NCBI GenBank assembly: GCA_963833125.1
Contig: CAWHWX010000028.1
Span: 32,615 to 64,614 of the forward strand
Direction of reading: 5' to 3'
DNA length: 32,000 nt
Source: Candidatus Bathyarchaeota archaeon
GTDB lineage: Archaea; Thermoproteota; Bathyarchaeia; 40CM-2-53-6
Numbering within the stretch: the first letter of the stretch is position 1; the number at the start of each line of letters is the position of its first letter. Below are positions 1 to 9,866 of the stretch, one piece after another. The notes below the pieces were generated by a model. It made no database searches and had not been told where the DNA came from. It was given only the letters and a program-made list of their open reading frames with translations. The position numbers and the translations under genes are program-made.

Positions 1-1400
1 CGCTCCGCAGCGTGGGCCGGTCGCAGGCCGATGCCGTGCCGCCGCACCAGCAGAAATAAATACAGCACACCCGCCAAACTCCACACCGTACCCACCTTCA
101 TGGCCAGCGGCGACACGCTTAGCCAGATCCACAAGCACACCAGGAAGCCGGCAATTGGCACAAATAAATATCCCCAAAGCGCAGCCAAGCCACGCTGCCG
201 CTGGCGCACAAAATAATGGCCGATGACCGATAGATTCACCACCATGAATCCCGCACAGGCGCCAAAGTTCACCAATTCCGCGGCTTTGTCCAGGTCGAGC
301 ATCAGGCCGGCAGTGAGCGCAATCGCACCCATCAAAATCATGCTATAGGTCGGCGTGCGAAGTTTAGGATGCAAATAACCAAATACAAAATGCGGCAGCT
401 TTCCGTCCCGGGCCATGCCAAAGAGCAATCTCGATGCGCTAGCCTGGCTGGCAATGCCGCTGGCCCAAGCCTGCGCGACTACCAGCAGTGCAATCAAATA
501 GGCCAGAGCGGGGCCGCCGATCTTTCTTCCGATATCGCTGAATGCGGTCTCGATTGGCGAAAACGTGGTGTAGTCCGGCCAAATCAGCTGGCCGAGGTAG
601 GTCTGCAAAATAAATAGCCCGCCGGCAATCAGGCACACCAGAATTGTCGCCCGCGCGATATTTTTCTGTGGATCCTTCGCATCTTCTGCCAAAGTCGAAA
701 TGCCATCGAATCCCAAGAAAGAAAGCACGGCCACCGGCGTGGCCGCCATGACTGCTCTCAGGGAGAAATTTCCCGGAGAATAAAAGGGCTCCAGAGAAAT
801 CAAAGTGCCGCGCCCCACGCCGTGCGTAAGCGCCCACACCGCCGCAATCAGAAACCACACAATCGAAATCGAGAGAATAATATTGAAGATGGTCGTAGCG
901 CGCGAGGTCATCTCAATACCTCGCAAGTTGATGCCGGTGATCGCGACTGAAGTCACAATCACCCATGCGCTATAGGGAATGGCGGGCACCAGCTTATTCG
1001 AAGTGACGCCCACGATGATTACGCACAGCATGGGCATCAGGATGTAATCAAGAATCATCACCCACCCGGCCAGATAGCCGACAATGGGATGAATCGCTTT
1101 CGACGCATAGGCGTACGTCGAACCCGCCTCCGGAAAGGCAGACGCCATTTTTCCGTAGCTGACGGCGGTAAAACTCACGGCAACCATCGCGATGAGATAC
1201 ACCATCGCAAAGTGCCCGTGGGATTGCACTGCTCCCACACCGAAAAATGTGTATGGCGCCGTCGGGCCGACAAATGCCAGGCCAAACAGCACCAGAGCCC
1301 ACAGAGACAGGACGGGCTTGAAACTGTTCGAAGAAGTGGCTAATCCTGGCTCTGCCGTCCCGGTCGAACTATTCGAATATGGCGCTTGCGGCGCGTCCAT
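1..1400 (-). CDS. APC-family amino acid/polyamine permease (PuuP-like); 3' end runs off the window
   Basis: Absent from the supplied ORF track because it is edge-truncated. Reverse-complement translation from the ATG (complement of 1398-1400) stays open to position 1: MDAPQAPYSNS...SLWALVLFGLAFVGPTAPYTFFG...KMASAFPEAGSTYAYASKAIHPIVGYLAGWVMILDYILMP...SRLLFGMARDGKLP...LRTP. It is collinear with E. coli PuuP as I remember it and has a multi-TM hydrophobic pattern. Confidence 0.85.
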   Translation of the reverse strand, partial: MDAPQAPYSNSSTGTAEPGLATSSNSFKPVLSLWALVLFGLAFVGPTAPYTFFGVGAVQSHGHFAMVYLIAMVAVSFTAVSYGKMASAFPEAGSTYAYASKAIHPIVGYLAGWVMILDYILMPMLCVIIVGVTSNKLVPAIPYSAWVIVTSVAITGINLRGIEMTSRATTIFNIILSISIVWFLIAAVWALTHGVGRGTLISLEPFYSPGNFSLRAVMAATPVAVLSFLGFDGISTLAEDAKDPQKNIARATILVCLIAGGLFILQTYLGQLIWPDYTTFSPIETAFSDIGRKIGGPALAYLIALLVVAQAWASGIASQASASRLLFGMARDGKLPHFVFGYLHPKLRTPTYSMILMGAIALTAGLMLDLDKAAELVNFGACAGFMVVNLSVIGHYFVRQRQRGLAALWGYLFVPIAGFLVCLWIWLSVSPLAMKVGTVWSLAGVLYLFLLVRRHGIGLRPAHAAE

Positions 1401-1421
1401 GCCGGCGGAACCTTTCGGTGC

Positions 1422-1498
1422 AATTGTAGTGTCGTGCGGCGCGAGTCGCAGGTAATTGTAAGCATGAGGCCCATAAGGTCTATCAGGTTTTTACAATT
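1422..1498. promoter_or_regulatory. Three AATTGTA/TACAATT heptamers in the divergent intergenic region (candidate -10 boxes or operator)
   Basis: AATTGTA lies at 1422-1428 and 1454-1460. The inverted copy TACAATT lies at 1492-1498. TACAAT resembles a sigma-70 -10 hexamer: two copies face the permease (minus strand) and one faces the 1571 ORF. I saw no convincing -35. Confidence 0.3.
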
Positions 1499-1570
1499 CC
1501 GTATCAAGATTGCTCCGTCGTTGCGACGAAAGCACATGCTACACTTTGGCGATTTCTCCTTCGTGACGGG

Positions 1571-1795
1571 ATGCGCCTGGGCTTGCTCATAGCGTTGTTC
1601 GCGGCCATACTTCTAGTTTCGCTCGGCTCGTCGTCGCAAAATGCTGCATCCCCCATTCACTTCCACTTTCAATCCATCCGTTTTTCTTTAGATAGCGATG
1701 AGACTCCTGAGCGGCACGCGCCAGAAACCATGGCTGGAGGCGTTGCAGTGACTCGCAACACACACCGCTTTACGTGCCTCAGTAGCAGCCGATAA
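1571..1795 (+). pseudogene. N-terminal fragment (about 60 codons) of a CRTAC1 / ASPIC-UnbV (FG-GAP repeat) family protein
   Basis: There is a signal-peptide-like start (MRLGLLIALFAAILLVSLG). It is followed by ...IRFSLDSDETPERHAPETMAGGVAV, which matches the remembered family motif ETM-GGVA-(F)DYDNDG. Resemblance stops after codon 60 (about nt 1750) and a stop follows 14 codons later. Full-length members are far longer than this 74-aa ORF. Confidence 0.5.
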
Positions 1796-2180
1796 AAAAT
1801 GTGCAACCGCCAACGCTGAAATGAAAGTGGCCGCCCTCTCCTGGTGGGGCTATTGGCCCATATTTCGGCAGGGCACAAGGCGTTTACGCTCATCTTCCCT
1901 TGGAGCAAGGAGCATTTGAGTGTAACGGCGATGTTTCGACAACGACCGAGTTTGTCTAAAGACGAAGCTAGCCAAAGACTACGGGCAATTTGGTCAGCGC
2001 GCACTAGTGATTGAAGCTGCTGAGAGCCTGTCATGCTTGCCAAAATCCCTGCAAGTCATACAAGAATCGTAAATTTGTGAAAAAAAGTCGCTCCGCAGCG
2101 CTTCGGAAGAACGTCATTCAGAGCCTGTGGAGCCTGCGCGTTTCCTCGTGAAAGCGATCAAGCCAGCGCACCGCTCCGTT

Positions 2181-2251
2181 GTCATTCCTCAAAACATCGT
2201 GCACTCGCAGAATCAATGATTTGGCGAGTGCACGATGTTTTGAGGAATGAC
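2181..2251. repeat. Perfect 28-bp inverted repeat with a 15-nt spacer (long hairpin / palindromic element)
   Basis: Left arm 2181-2208 is GTCATTCCTCAAAACATCGTGCACTCGC. Right arm 2224-2251 is its exact reverse complement and the loop is AGAATCAATGATTTG. It lies 72 nt downstream of the tRNA-Pro 3' end, with no adjacent U-tract. Confidence 0.9.
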
Positions 2252-2322
2252 AGGCGAAAACAGGCCGAGTTGTGGCGTGCCAGGGTGGTCACGAAACCCG
2301 CATGGATACTGGAGAAAGGTAT

Positions 2323-2399
<77 letters not shown>

Positions 2400-2580
2400 A
2401 CTGATGCGCAAGCGCGAAAAGCAATGTCCTGCAGGCCCGGACTGCGAAACGGACTCCAATGCGCAATCAAAAGTATAACATTCGGACAGAAGATTGATGG
2501 ACTCTGCTGGCTGGGTCAAATGCACGTGCGGCGTATTGCGCCAGACGAGCTACCCCATCTAAAGATGTCGGGACGATTGT

Positions 2581-2973
2581 CTAGTTCGGTTTGCGGTTCT
2601 TGCCTTCGGACATAAAGCGAAGCACTGCGGTATCGGCGGCGGAGCGGCATTTTTTGAGGAACGCGGCTTCCGCGCTGATGGAAACGTCTTCCGAAGTCCG
2701 CTGGCGGATGCTTTGCCGGAGCCGGTCGCCTGCTTCGGTTTCATTGGCCATGACTTGCATGTAGAACCAGAGAAAGTGACGCATCTGATCCACTGCCGAT
2801 TTCAAGGTGCGCAGGGAATCCATCTCGGGCAGTTGGCTCATCGCTTCCATGAGTTCGGGATCGTTGGGTACTTCCATGGCGGCACAGTTCAATGCGCGTT
2901 GAATGGCGCGCAGATCTTCGGTGACGCGGTCAACCCGCAGGTGGATAGCTTCCAGATAATCATCTCGATCCAT
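2581..2973 (-). CDS. Hypothetical helical protein (130 aa)
   Basis: This is a clean ORF with GAAGG about 13 nt upstream of the ATG. The composition is coding-like and helical (MDRDDYLEAIHLRVDRVTEDLRAIQRAL...). I do not recognise a domain. Confidence 0.55.
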   Translation of the reverse strand: MDRDDYLEAIHLRVDRVTEDLRAIQRALNCAAMEVPNDPELMEAMSQLPEMDSLRTLKSAVDQMRHFLWFYMQVMANETEAGDRLRQSIRQRTSEDVSISAEAAFLKKCRSAADTAVLRFMSEGKNRKPN

Positions 2974-3123
2974 GGTTTTTTCGCTGCCTTCTCATCCGTA
3001 ACTACGTTCGGTGACAACATCTCAACATCTCACTCGCAAAAGATCGCGAACAGATGTCCCACGGGCAGCGGCTTTCGTAATTCGTGAGTTACTTTGGTAT
3101 TCCTAATGTTTTCGAACGCGAAG

Positions 3124-3843
3124 TCAACTGGCGTTGACCGGGTTTTTCATCTGCAATTGCAGGCCACCCGTGCGAATTTGCGGCACTTCGACGATGCGCA
3201 TTCCTACGCAAGGATTTTCTACCGCCGAAAGGAGGGCCCGTATCATCTGTTCGTGGGTCACCAAACCCAGGCGCAACGCGCCTTCCCGAGTTGCTGGGAA
3301 AAGCTCCATGAGGCGGTAAATCGGCAGCAGAGCATAAGGCCAGCGGTGGCCCGGCCCCAGAACGTACCAGGGCCGCAGGATAGTTGCATTGAGGCCGCTT
3401 TCGCGAATGGCTTCTTCGCATTCACTTCGTACCTGGATGTAGGCTTTCATCATGGGGGCAGGGTGGGCAACGCTCACGTAAACGAAATGGTGCACTCCGG
3501 CGTTCTTAGCGGCGCGGACAGCATCGCACGCCGAGACCAGATCTACGCTGCGGAATTGTTCTCCCTTGGAAGGACTTGGGTGAGGAACGCCGACCAGTTG
3601 GACGAAAGTATCGGCCGGCGCAACTCTCGAGGCGTAGGATTCGCCCCGCAGCGCATCGCCGGCCACTGCCTGGCAACCAGGCGGCAGTTTGGCTTCGGAA
3701 CCGGGCCGGACCAACCCCCGCACGTCATGGCCGCGCCTGACCAGGCAGGCGATGAGAGGGCGACCCAGGTATCCGGTACTCCCAGTGACAAATACGGTGC
3801 GCTTCTGAAGTTCCATGAGTTTCCAGGGATTCGATGTTGCCAT
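3124..3843 (-). CDS. NAD(P)-binding atypical SDR / NmrA-like epimerase-family protein
   Basis: It has the Rossmann motif VFVTGSTGYLG near the N-terminus and an overall SDR-like layout. The true start may be the internal ATG at 3813 (MELQKRTVFVTG). Confidence 0.8.
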   Translation of the reverse strand: MATSNPWKLMELQKRTVFVTGSTGYLGRPLIACLVRRGHDVRGLVRPGSEAKLPPGCQAVAGDALRGESYASRVAPADTFVQLVGVPHPSPSKGEQFRSVDLVSACDAVRAAKNAGVHHFVYVSVAHPAPMMKAYIQVRSECEEAIRESGLNATILRPWYVLGPGHRWPYALLPIYRLMELFPATREGALRLGLVTHEQMIRALLSAVENPCVGMRIVEVPQIRTGGLQLQMKNPVNAS

Positions 3844-3944
3844 AAATTACATGTACGCAGGCAAGTCAAAAGCGGATTATTCCATCTGCTGCGCTATTCT
3901 GGGTCTTCAGCTACCATGGGCAAGTTCATTCATGGCAGGGATGA

Positions 3945-4595
3945 GTGATTGCTATGCCTTCTTCCTCCGCTTTGGAAATAATCGCCAGCTACGTCGGGCA
4001 TGAGATGGAAATCGATGCCGGACATCCTGTTGCCGAATGGCAAAGTGCTAATCCGGTTGTGTTTTCAGCGGATTGGCGAGGAGAAAATTCCGAGCCTGCC
4101 CGCGAAACGCAGGTGCGGGTTTTGTGGTCGGACCAGAGTCTATATTTGCGTTTCGACTGCCGCTATCGCGAATTGTTTGTGTTTGCCGATTCTGACCCCA
4201 ATGGGCGGCGCGGTCAGCTTTGGGACCGTGACGTGGCCGAGGCATTTCTGCAGCCCGATCCGCTCCGGGAGCGTTACTACAAGGAGTTTGAAGTGAGTCC
4301 CAATGGGATGTGGATTGATCTGGATATTTTTCCCGGCGGGCGGAGCGACCTGAAGAGTGAGATGTTGCGCTCGGTTATCCTTCATGAGTCGAATAAGACC
4401 TGGACGGCGGAGCTGGCAATTCCCATCCGCGCGCTCACCGCGAATTTTGACCCCACCCGGATTTGGCGAGCGAACTTCTACCGGGTAGAAGGGAAGCAAG
4501 AGCCACGAGCATATCTTGCATGGCAACCGACACTGACGGCGCAACCCAACTTTCACGTTCCTGGCAGATTCGGGTACCTGCGGTTTTCCCGGTAA
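3945..4595 (+). CDS. Carbohydrate-binding family 9 (CBM9/DOMON-like) protein
   Basis: The pattern ...WSDQSLYLRFDC...WDRDVAEAFLQPD...YYKEFEVSPNG.WIDLDI...W.AELAIP...WRANFYR is typical of CBM9-like proteins as I remember them. The start may be ATG 3954 rather than GTG 3945. Confidence 0.6.
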   Translation: MIAMPSSSALEIIASYVGHEMEIDAGHPVAEWQSANPVVFSADWRGENSEPARETQVRVLWSDQSLYLRFDCRYRELFVFADSDPNGRRGQLWDRDVAEAFLQPDPLRERYYKEFEVSPNGMWIDLDIFPGGRSDLKSEMLRSVILHESNKTWTAELAIPIRALTANFDPTRIWRANFYRVEGKQEPRAYLAWQPTLTAQPNFHVPGRFGYLRFSR

Positions 4596-4699
4596 TCTTC
4601 CTTGCCGGCGGACAACGTCGAATGAATTGCCGACTAACCTCTTAGGGAGTAGAGTATGGCCGGGATTGCAATTCCGAACCAACGGAGAATGAATTCATT

Positions 4700-5209
4700 A
4701 TGAAAGCAAATAGGCGCATGTTCCTGTTGATTCTGCCGCTTTGCCTGTTTCCACTAGCTCTATCCGCGCAGCAAGGAAAAGCTGGAGTTCTCAGTGCTCA
4801 GGACGTTAAGCGCGTTGTGCCTGCTACTTACTTTTTCCGCGGCCAATCGGCGCCGGTGCAATTACGGAACTCGGGCGGGTTCAGTACCGCGGAGGGAAAG
4901 CTGGTTCTGGCAGGTTTCGTGGATACTTCAGGCTATTCCACCGACGTCCAGGCGAAGTACCAAGGTTTGTTCATCACCGAGGTCAAGCTCAGTGTTGAGG
5001 GGACCGATTTGGCGCCCGGCGCCTATGGCTTCGGCTTCACCAAGGACGGCAATTTCCAGGTGATGGACGTGGGCGCGAACGATCTGTTCACGGTTTCAGG
5101 GCACACTGACGACAAGATGGCGCATCCTGTGCCTTTGAAGATGGCGGCCGATGGCGATGGATATCGTCTCTACGCTGGCCGGAAGTGGGTGGCGCTGAAG
5201 CCCGAGTAG
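4700..5209 (+). CDS. Secreted hypothetical protein (169 aa)
   Basis: There is a signal peptide (MKANRRMFLLILPLCLFPLALSAQQ). GGAG lies 13 nt upstream of the ATG. The body is coding-like and beta-rich. Confidence 0.65.
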   Translation: MKANRRMFLLILPLCLFPLALSAQQGKAGVLSAQDVKRVVPATYFFRGQSAPVQLRNSGGFSTAEGKLVLAGFVDTSGYSTDVQAKYQGLFITEVKLSVEGTDLAPGAYGFGFTKDGNFQVMDVGANDLFTVSGHTDDKMAHPVPLKMAADGDGYRLYAGRKWVALKPE

Positions 5210-5213
5210 CAAC

Positions 5214-5870
5214 TTAATGCTGTAGAGGTTGTAACGACCCCAGTATGGAGGAAATACCCGCGCGCTTGTGGAGTTCATTGAGCAGTGCCTGAGCTGCATT
5301 TTGATAAGTTTTACTGGGGTCGGATGGATCTGACCACACAGCTTCGTAAATAATCTGCGTCGCGGTTTTGACGTCAATGTGAAGCGCCGCCTCAAATTGA
5401 TCGGCCCGTTCCTGCAAGTGATCGTAGCAGCCTTGACAAACCGCGGCCGGTTCAAACGATCCTTCGTGATTTTCTTCCTTGCTGCAGCGGAAGCTTGTAG
5501 TGGCATTGATTTCCAGTTCCCCGGGTTGGATCTGCGCCTTGAATTCCTGTAAAAAGCGTTCCCGCTCCTGTTCGAGAATTTCGGGGTCGGGCGTTTGCTC
5601 CGCGGCAGGGGAGGGAACTGTGATGGCTTGAATCGTGGGCGAGACGCGCTCTGTGCTCTTACAGACAGGGCAAGATGTCAAATTTGCAGCGTAGTAGGTC
5701 TTGCACTTGAGGCAAGGCAGCCCGTACCCGTAGACGCGGGGACCTAATTTGACAGCGTTAGCTCCTGCCACCGGTAAGTCCTGTTGTAAGGTGAAAGCGC
5801 TGTTGGGGGCGAGAAGCGTCGAGGCGATGGTTTGCGTGCTTTCAACCAGCGTGGATTCGGTCGAGTTCAT
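5214..5870 (-). CDS. Hypothetical protein with CxxC-x11-CxxC zinc-ribbon motif
   Basis: It contains CLKCKTYYAANLTSCPVCK plus a second Cys-containing segment (FRCS...VCQGCYDH). It is convergent with the 4700 gene, with only 4 nt between the stop codons. Confidence 0.55.
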   Translation of the reverse strand: MNSTESTLVESTQTIASTLLAPNSAFTLQQDLPVAGANAVKLGPRVYGYGLPCLKCKTYYAANLTSCPVCKSTERVSPTIQAITVPSPAAEQTPDPEILEQERERFLQEFKAQIQPGELEINATTSFRCSKEENHEGSFEPAAVCQGCYDHLQERADQFEAALHIDVKTATQIIYEAVWSDPSDPSKTYQNAAQALLNELHKRAGISSILGSLQPLQH

Positions 5871-6131
5871 GGCTTTCTCCGGGAGGGCAGATCTGGCTGC
5901 ATCATTGATTCCAAAGGGACATTCTAGTGCGGGAGTCCCGAAATACCGATGGCACGAGAGTTCATTGTCCGACCGTGCGCAGCTCCAAAATGTGGTGGGT
6001 TCAAAGCCCCAATCGCCTGGATCGGCCGAGTTCGCGCATCACTTGCCAGCAACGCCGGGTTTCGCAGTTGACTGGAGGGTTGGGGTCCAGTAACGTTAAG
6101 AGAGTTCTGTTTCCAGTTAGCGGAGGAAGTT

Positions 6132-6323
6132 ATGTTTGATGGCCTTTTTCAGCCGACGCATTTGCTATTGATCTTCTTTATTGCCTTGCTGGTTTTTGGG
6201 CCGAAAAAGCTGCCCGAGCTTGGCAAAGGGATTGGGGAAGGCATCCGCTCCCTGAAGGAGGGAATGAAGGATACCCCACCCGAAACTCCCAAACCAACGA
6301 CTAATACCGACACCAAAGCCTAG
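6132..6323 (+). CDS. tatA: Twin-arginine translocase subunit TatA/TatE
   Basis: MFDGLFQPTHLLLIFFIALLVFGPKKLPELGKGIGEGIRSLKEGMKD is the canonical TatA TM helix plus FGPKKLP hinge and amphipathic helix. GGAGGA lies 6 nt upstream of the ATG. Confidence 0.9.
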   Translation: MFDGLFQPTHLLLIFFIALLVFGPKKLPELGKGIGEGIRSLKEGMKDTPPETPKPTTNTDTKA

Positions 6324-6606
6324 GAAAGTGCTTGGTTTCCGGCGACTAGGGCACACAGAAGCGATGATTCAGCGTAGGCGCATCTAGGTGGTTTTCTGTG
6401 GTAAGCGTGTTGATTTCCCGCGGGAAAACTCTGCATCCCCCTCCTAACTAACAGAATCCAACATTTATTCGGGATCTGGCGTTTGAAACCCAGGAGATAA
6501 ATCCTGCGCGAGTAAAATGCTGCTTGTGGGGCTTTACCTTTTCATTGCACGACCAAGCGAGCAGGCTGCGTGGAGTGTCGTAGTTTGCTGGAGATCCTGA
6601 GAAACC

Positions 6607-9600
6607 ATGTGGATTGTTCGACTGGCCTTAAGGCGGCCTTACACATTCGTGGTGGCCGCGTTGGTGCTTTTGATCCTGGGCCCGCTGGTTATCCTCAATA
6701 CCCCGACCGACATCTTCCCCAACATCAATATCCCTGTGGTCAGCATCCTGTGGAACTACACGGGCTGGATGCGGAGGAGATGTCCAACCGCATCATCTTC
6801 CTGACCGAGCGCGCCTGACCACCATGGTGGACGACATTGAGCATATCGAGTCGCAATCGCTGAACGGCGTTGCGGTGGTCAAGGTGTTCTTTCAGCCCAT
6901 GCGCAGATTGACAAGGCGATCGCGCAGGTGACCGCTATTTCGCAAACTCAGCTGCGGCAATTGCCGCCGGGAACCACTCCGCCGCTGGTGATCACCTACA
7001 GCGCTTCCAGCGTGCCCATCATCCAGCTTGCTTTCTCGGCCCAGAACTTTCCGAGCAGCAGTTATTTGACTATGGCGTGAACTTTATCCGCACCCGGCTG
7101 GTGACCGTTCCAGGATGCGCCATTCCGTAGCCCTATGGCGGCAAGCAGCGCCAGGTGCAGGTGGACCTGGACACAGCCGCGCTGCAGTCCAAGGGCTTGT
7201 CGCCAATGGACGTGGTGAACGCCATCAGCGCGCAAAATCTGATTCTTCCTTCCGGCACGTCGAAGATCGGGCAGTTCGAATACGACGTTGACATCAACGG
7301 CAGCCCGCAGACCGTTGACGAACTGAACCAATTTCCCGTCAAGACGGTCGGGAACACCACGATCTACATCCGCGATGTGGCGCATGTGCGCGACGGCTTC
7401 CCTCCGCAAACCAACATCGTTCGCGTCAACGGGCAGCGGGCTGCGCTGCTGACGGTGCTGAAGACCGGCAATGCCTCGACCCTGGACATGATCTCCGGCA
7501 GTCAAGAATATGTTGCCGCAGATTGAGAGCACGACTGCCCCATCGCTGCAAGATGCAGCCTCTGGCCGACCAATCGATCTTCGTGCGCGCCTCCATCGAC
7601 GGTGTGGTGCGCGAGGCGATGATTGCCGCCTGCCTGACCGGATTGATGATCCTGATTTTCCTCGGCAGCTGGCGCAGCACGTTGATTATTGCGGTCTCCA
7701 TCCCACTTTCCATCCTGACGTCGATCATCGTTCTGAGCGCGCTGGGCGAGACCATCAACATCATGACCCTGGGCGGGTTGGCGCTGGCGGTGGGCATTCT
7801 GGTGGACGACGCCACGGTGGAGATCGAGAACATCAATCGCAACATCGCCATGGGGAAAGAGATCGAGCACGCCATTCTGGACGGCGCACAGCAGATTGCG
7901 ACGCCGGCGTTCGTGTCTACGCTCGCCATCTGCATCGTGTTCGTGCCGATGTTCTTCCTGACCGGCGTAGCGCGCTACTTGTTTGTGCCGCTGGCGGAAG
8001 CCGTTGTTTTCGCCATGCTGGCGTCATATCTGCTCTCGCGAACCCTGGTGCCCACCATGGCCAAGTACTTGCTGCGGGGACACGAAGCGGAAGCCGCTCA
8101 CCCGTCGCGCAAAGCCGCAATCCGCTGGTGCGGATGCAAATTCGATTCGAAGAAGGTTTCGAGCGGTTCCGTGAGCGCTACCACGGATGGTTGCAGACTT
8201 GCCTTCGCCATCAGCGCATATTCCTGTTGATGTTTGTGGGCATTTGCGTAGCTTCGCTGGTTGTTGATCGTTCCGATGGCTGGGCCAGGATTTTTTCCCA
8301 TCCGTGGATGCGCGGCCAGTTCAAATTGCACCTGCGCGCCCGCACCGGCACGCGCATCGAAGAAACCGCGCGGCTTTGCGACCTGGTCGAGCAGGCCATC
8401 CGCGAGCAAATTCCAGCGCAGGACCTTGCCAGCATCATCGACAACATCGGGTTGCCCTATAGCAGCATCAACCTTTCCTACAGCAATTCCGCGCCCATCG
8501 GGCCCGGCGGACGCCGACATCATGGTGGGCCTGAATGAGGGGCACGAGCCCACCGCCAAGTACATGCACGATCTGCGCTTGCGCTTGCCGCAAGAGTTTC
8601 CCGGCGTGACGTTTTCTTTCCTGCCGGCGGATATCGTCAGCCAGATTCTGAACTTCGGCCTGCCCGCGCCCATCGATGTTCAGATCGTGGGCAACAACGT
8701 GGACGGCAACCGCGCAGTTCGCCGATAAATTGCTGGAGCGCATGCAGTAGGTTCCGGACGGTGCGATCTGCGTATCCAGCAGCCCTTCAACCAGCCTTAG
8801 TTGCACATCAGATGTGGACCGCACGAAGGCGCAGCAGGTCGGGTTTACGCAGCGCGATGTAGCCAGCAATCTGCTGATCTCGCTCAGCGGCAGTTTTCAG
8901 ACGTCGCCGGACCTTCTGGCTGAATCCAAAGAATGGCGTCAGCTATAACATCGCGACGCAGACGCCGCAATACCGCATTGAGTTCGCTGCAGGATTTGGA
9001 GAACATTCCGGTGACCGGTCCGAGTGGCGCGCAGCCCCGAGATCCTGGCGAGCCTGGCCTCCGATCACGCCGCGGCACCGGCATGGCCGTGGTCTCCCAC
9101 TACGATATTCAGCCGGTCATCGATATCTTACGGCTCGGTGCAGGGACGCGATCTGGGCGGCGTGGCGACGCGACATCGACAAATCGTGGACGACAGCACA
9201 GAAGGAATTGCCGCGCGGTTCGCAGATTATCGTCCGTGGCCAGATTCAGACCATGCGCTCCTCTTATTTCGGCTTGCTGGGCGGTCTGGCGTTCTCCATT
9301 ATGTTGGTGTACCTGCTGATCGTGGTGAACTTCCAATCCTGGCTGGATCCATTCATCATTATTTCTGCTTTGCCGGCGTCGCTGGCGGGGATTGTGTGGT
9401 TCCTGTTTGTTACACGCACCACGATCAGCGTGCCTGCGCTGACCGGCTCGATCATGTGCATGGGCGTGGCAACGGCGAACAGCATTCTGGTGGTGAGCTT
9501 TGCCAAGGAGCAGATGGCGGAAGGGCAGGATGCCATCGAAGCCGCGCTGCAAGCCGGGCTTCACGCGCTTTCGTCCGGTGCTGATGACGGCGCTGGCCAT

Positions 9601-9787
9601 GATCATCGGCATGGTGCCAATGGCGCTGGGACTCGGTGAAGGCGGCGAGCAGAATGCTCCCCTGGGTCGCGCAGTAATCGGCGGCTTGCTGTTTGCGACC
9701 GTGGCGACGTTGTTTTTTGTGCCGGTCTTCTTCAGTGTTGTGCACGGCATGCGGATGCGCTCGGCGCTCAATGCGCCTAAGCATTAA
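6607..9787 (+). pseudogene. RND (AcrB/HAE1-type) efflux permease, heavily disrupted
   Basis: RND sequence can be followed across all three plus frames. It runs from MWIVRLALRRPYTFVVAALVLLILGPLVILNTPTDIFPNINIPVVSILWNYTG through ADQSIFVRASIDGVVREAMIAACLTGLMILIFLGSWRSTLIIAVSIP to GGEQNAPLGRAVIGGLLFATVATLFFVPVFFSVVHG. Frame changes placed by hand lie near 6765, 6815, 6898, 7038, 7512, 7540, 8110, 8262-8318, 8505, 8712, 8757, 8810, 8907, 8985, 9045-9200 and 9570. In-frame TAG codons lie at 7128-7130, 8748-8750 and 8798-8800. Confidence 0.85.
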
Positions 9788-9866
9788 AATTTCATAGGTC
9801 GTTGGGATTAGGAGTTTTCTGAAGGTTGAAGAGCAAACCGAGCGAAGCACAAGGACCAGTGCCACA

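Noticed and set aside
1-2099. Exact 12-mer CGCTCCGCAGCG at 1-12 and 2088-2099
   Set aside because: Dozens of chance 12-mer repeats are expected in 32 kb. The first copy is ordinary coding sequence of the permease.
3094-3948. 284-aa plus-strand ORF opposite the SDR gene, and the 261-aa ORF 16630-17415 opposite the GldG gene
   Set aside because: The opposite strand has clear family motifs (GSTGYLG; GldG layout). These ORFs have no motifs and an antisense-type composition.
5207-5216. Convergent genes with stops only 4 nt apart (also OMF/galK at 12521-12537) as an unusual termination arrangement
   Set aside because: Tight convergent packing without a hairpin is common in compact bacterial genomes, and there is no further signal.
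6324-6606. CTAGGG-containing leader upstream of the efflux operon as a guanidine (ykkC) riboswitch
   Set aside because: Only the CTAGGG hexamer matches. The conserved GGUCCGAGAG and ACGGGA-type elements are absent.
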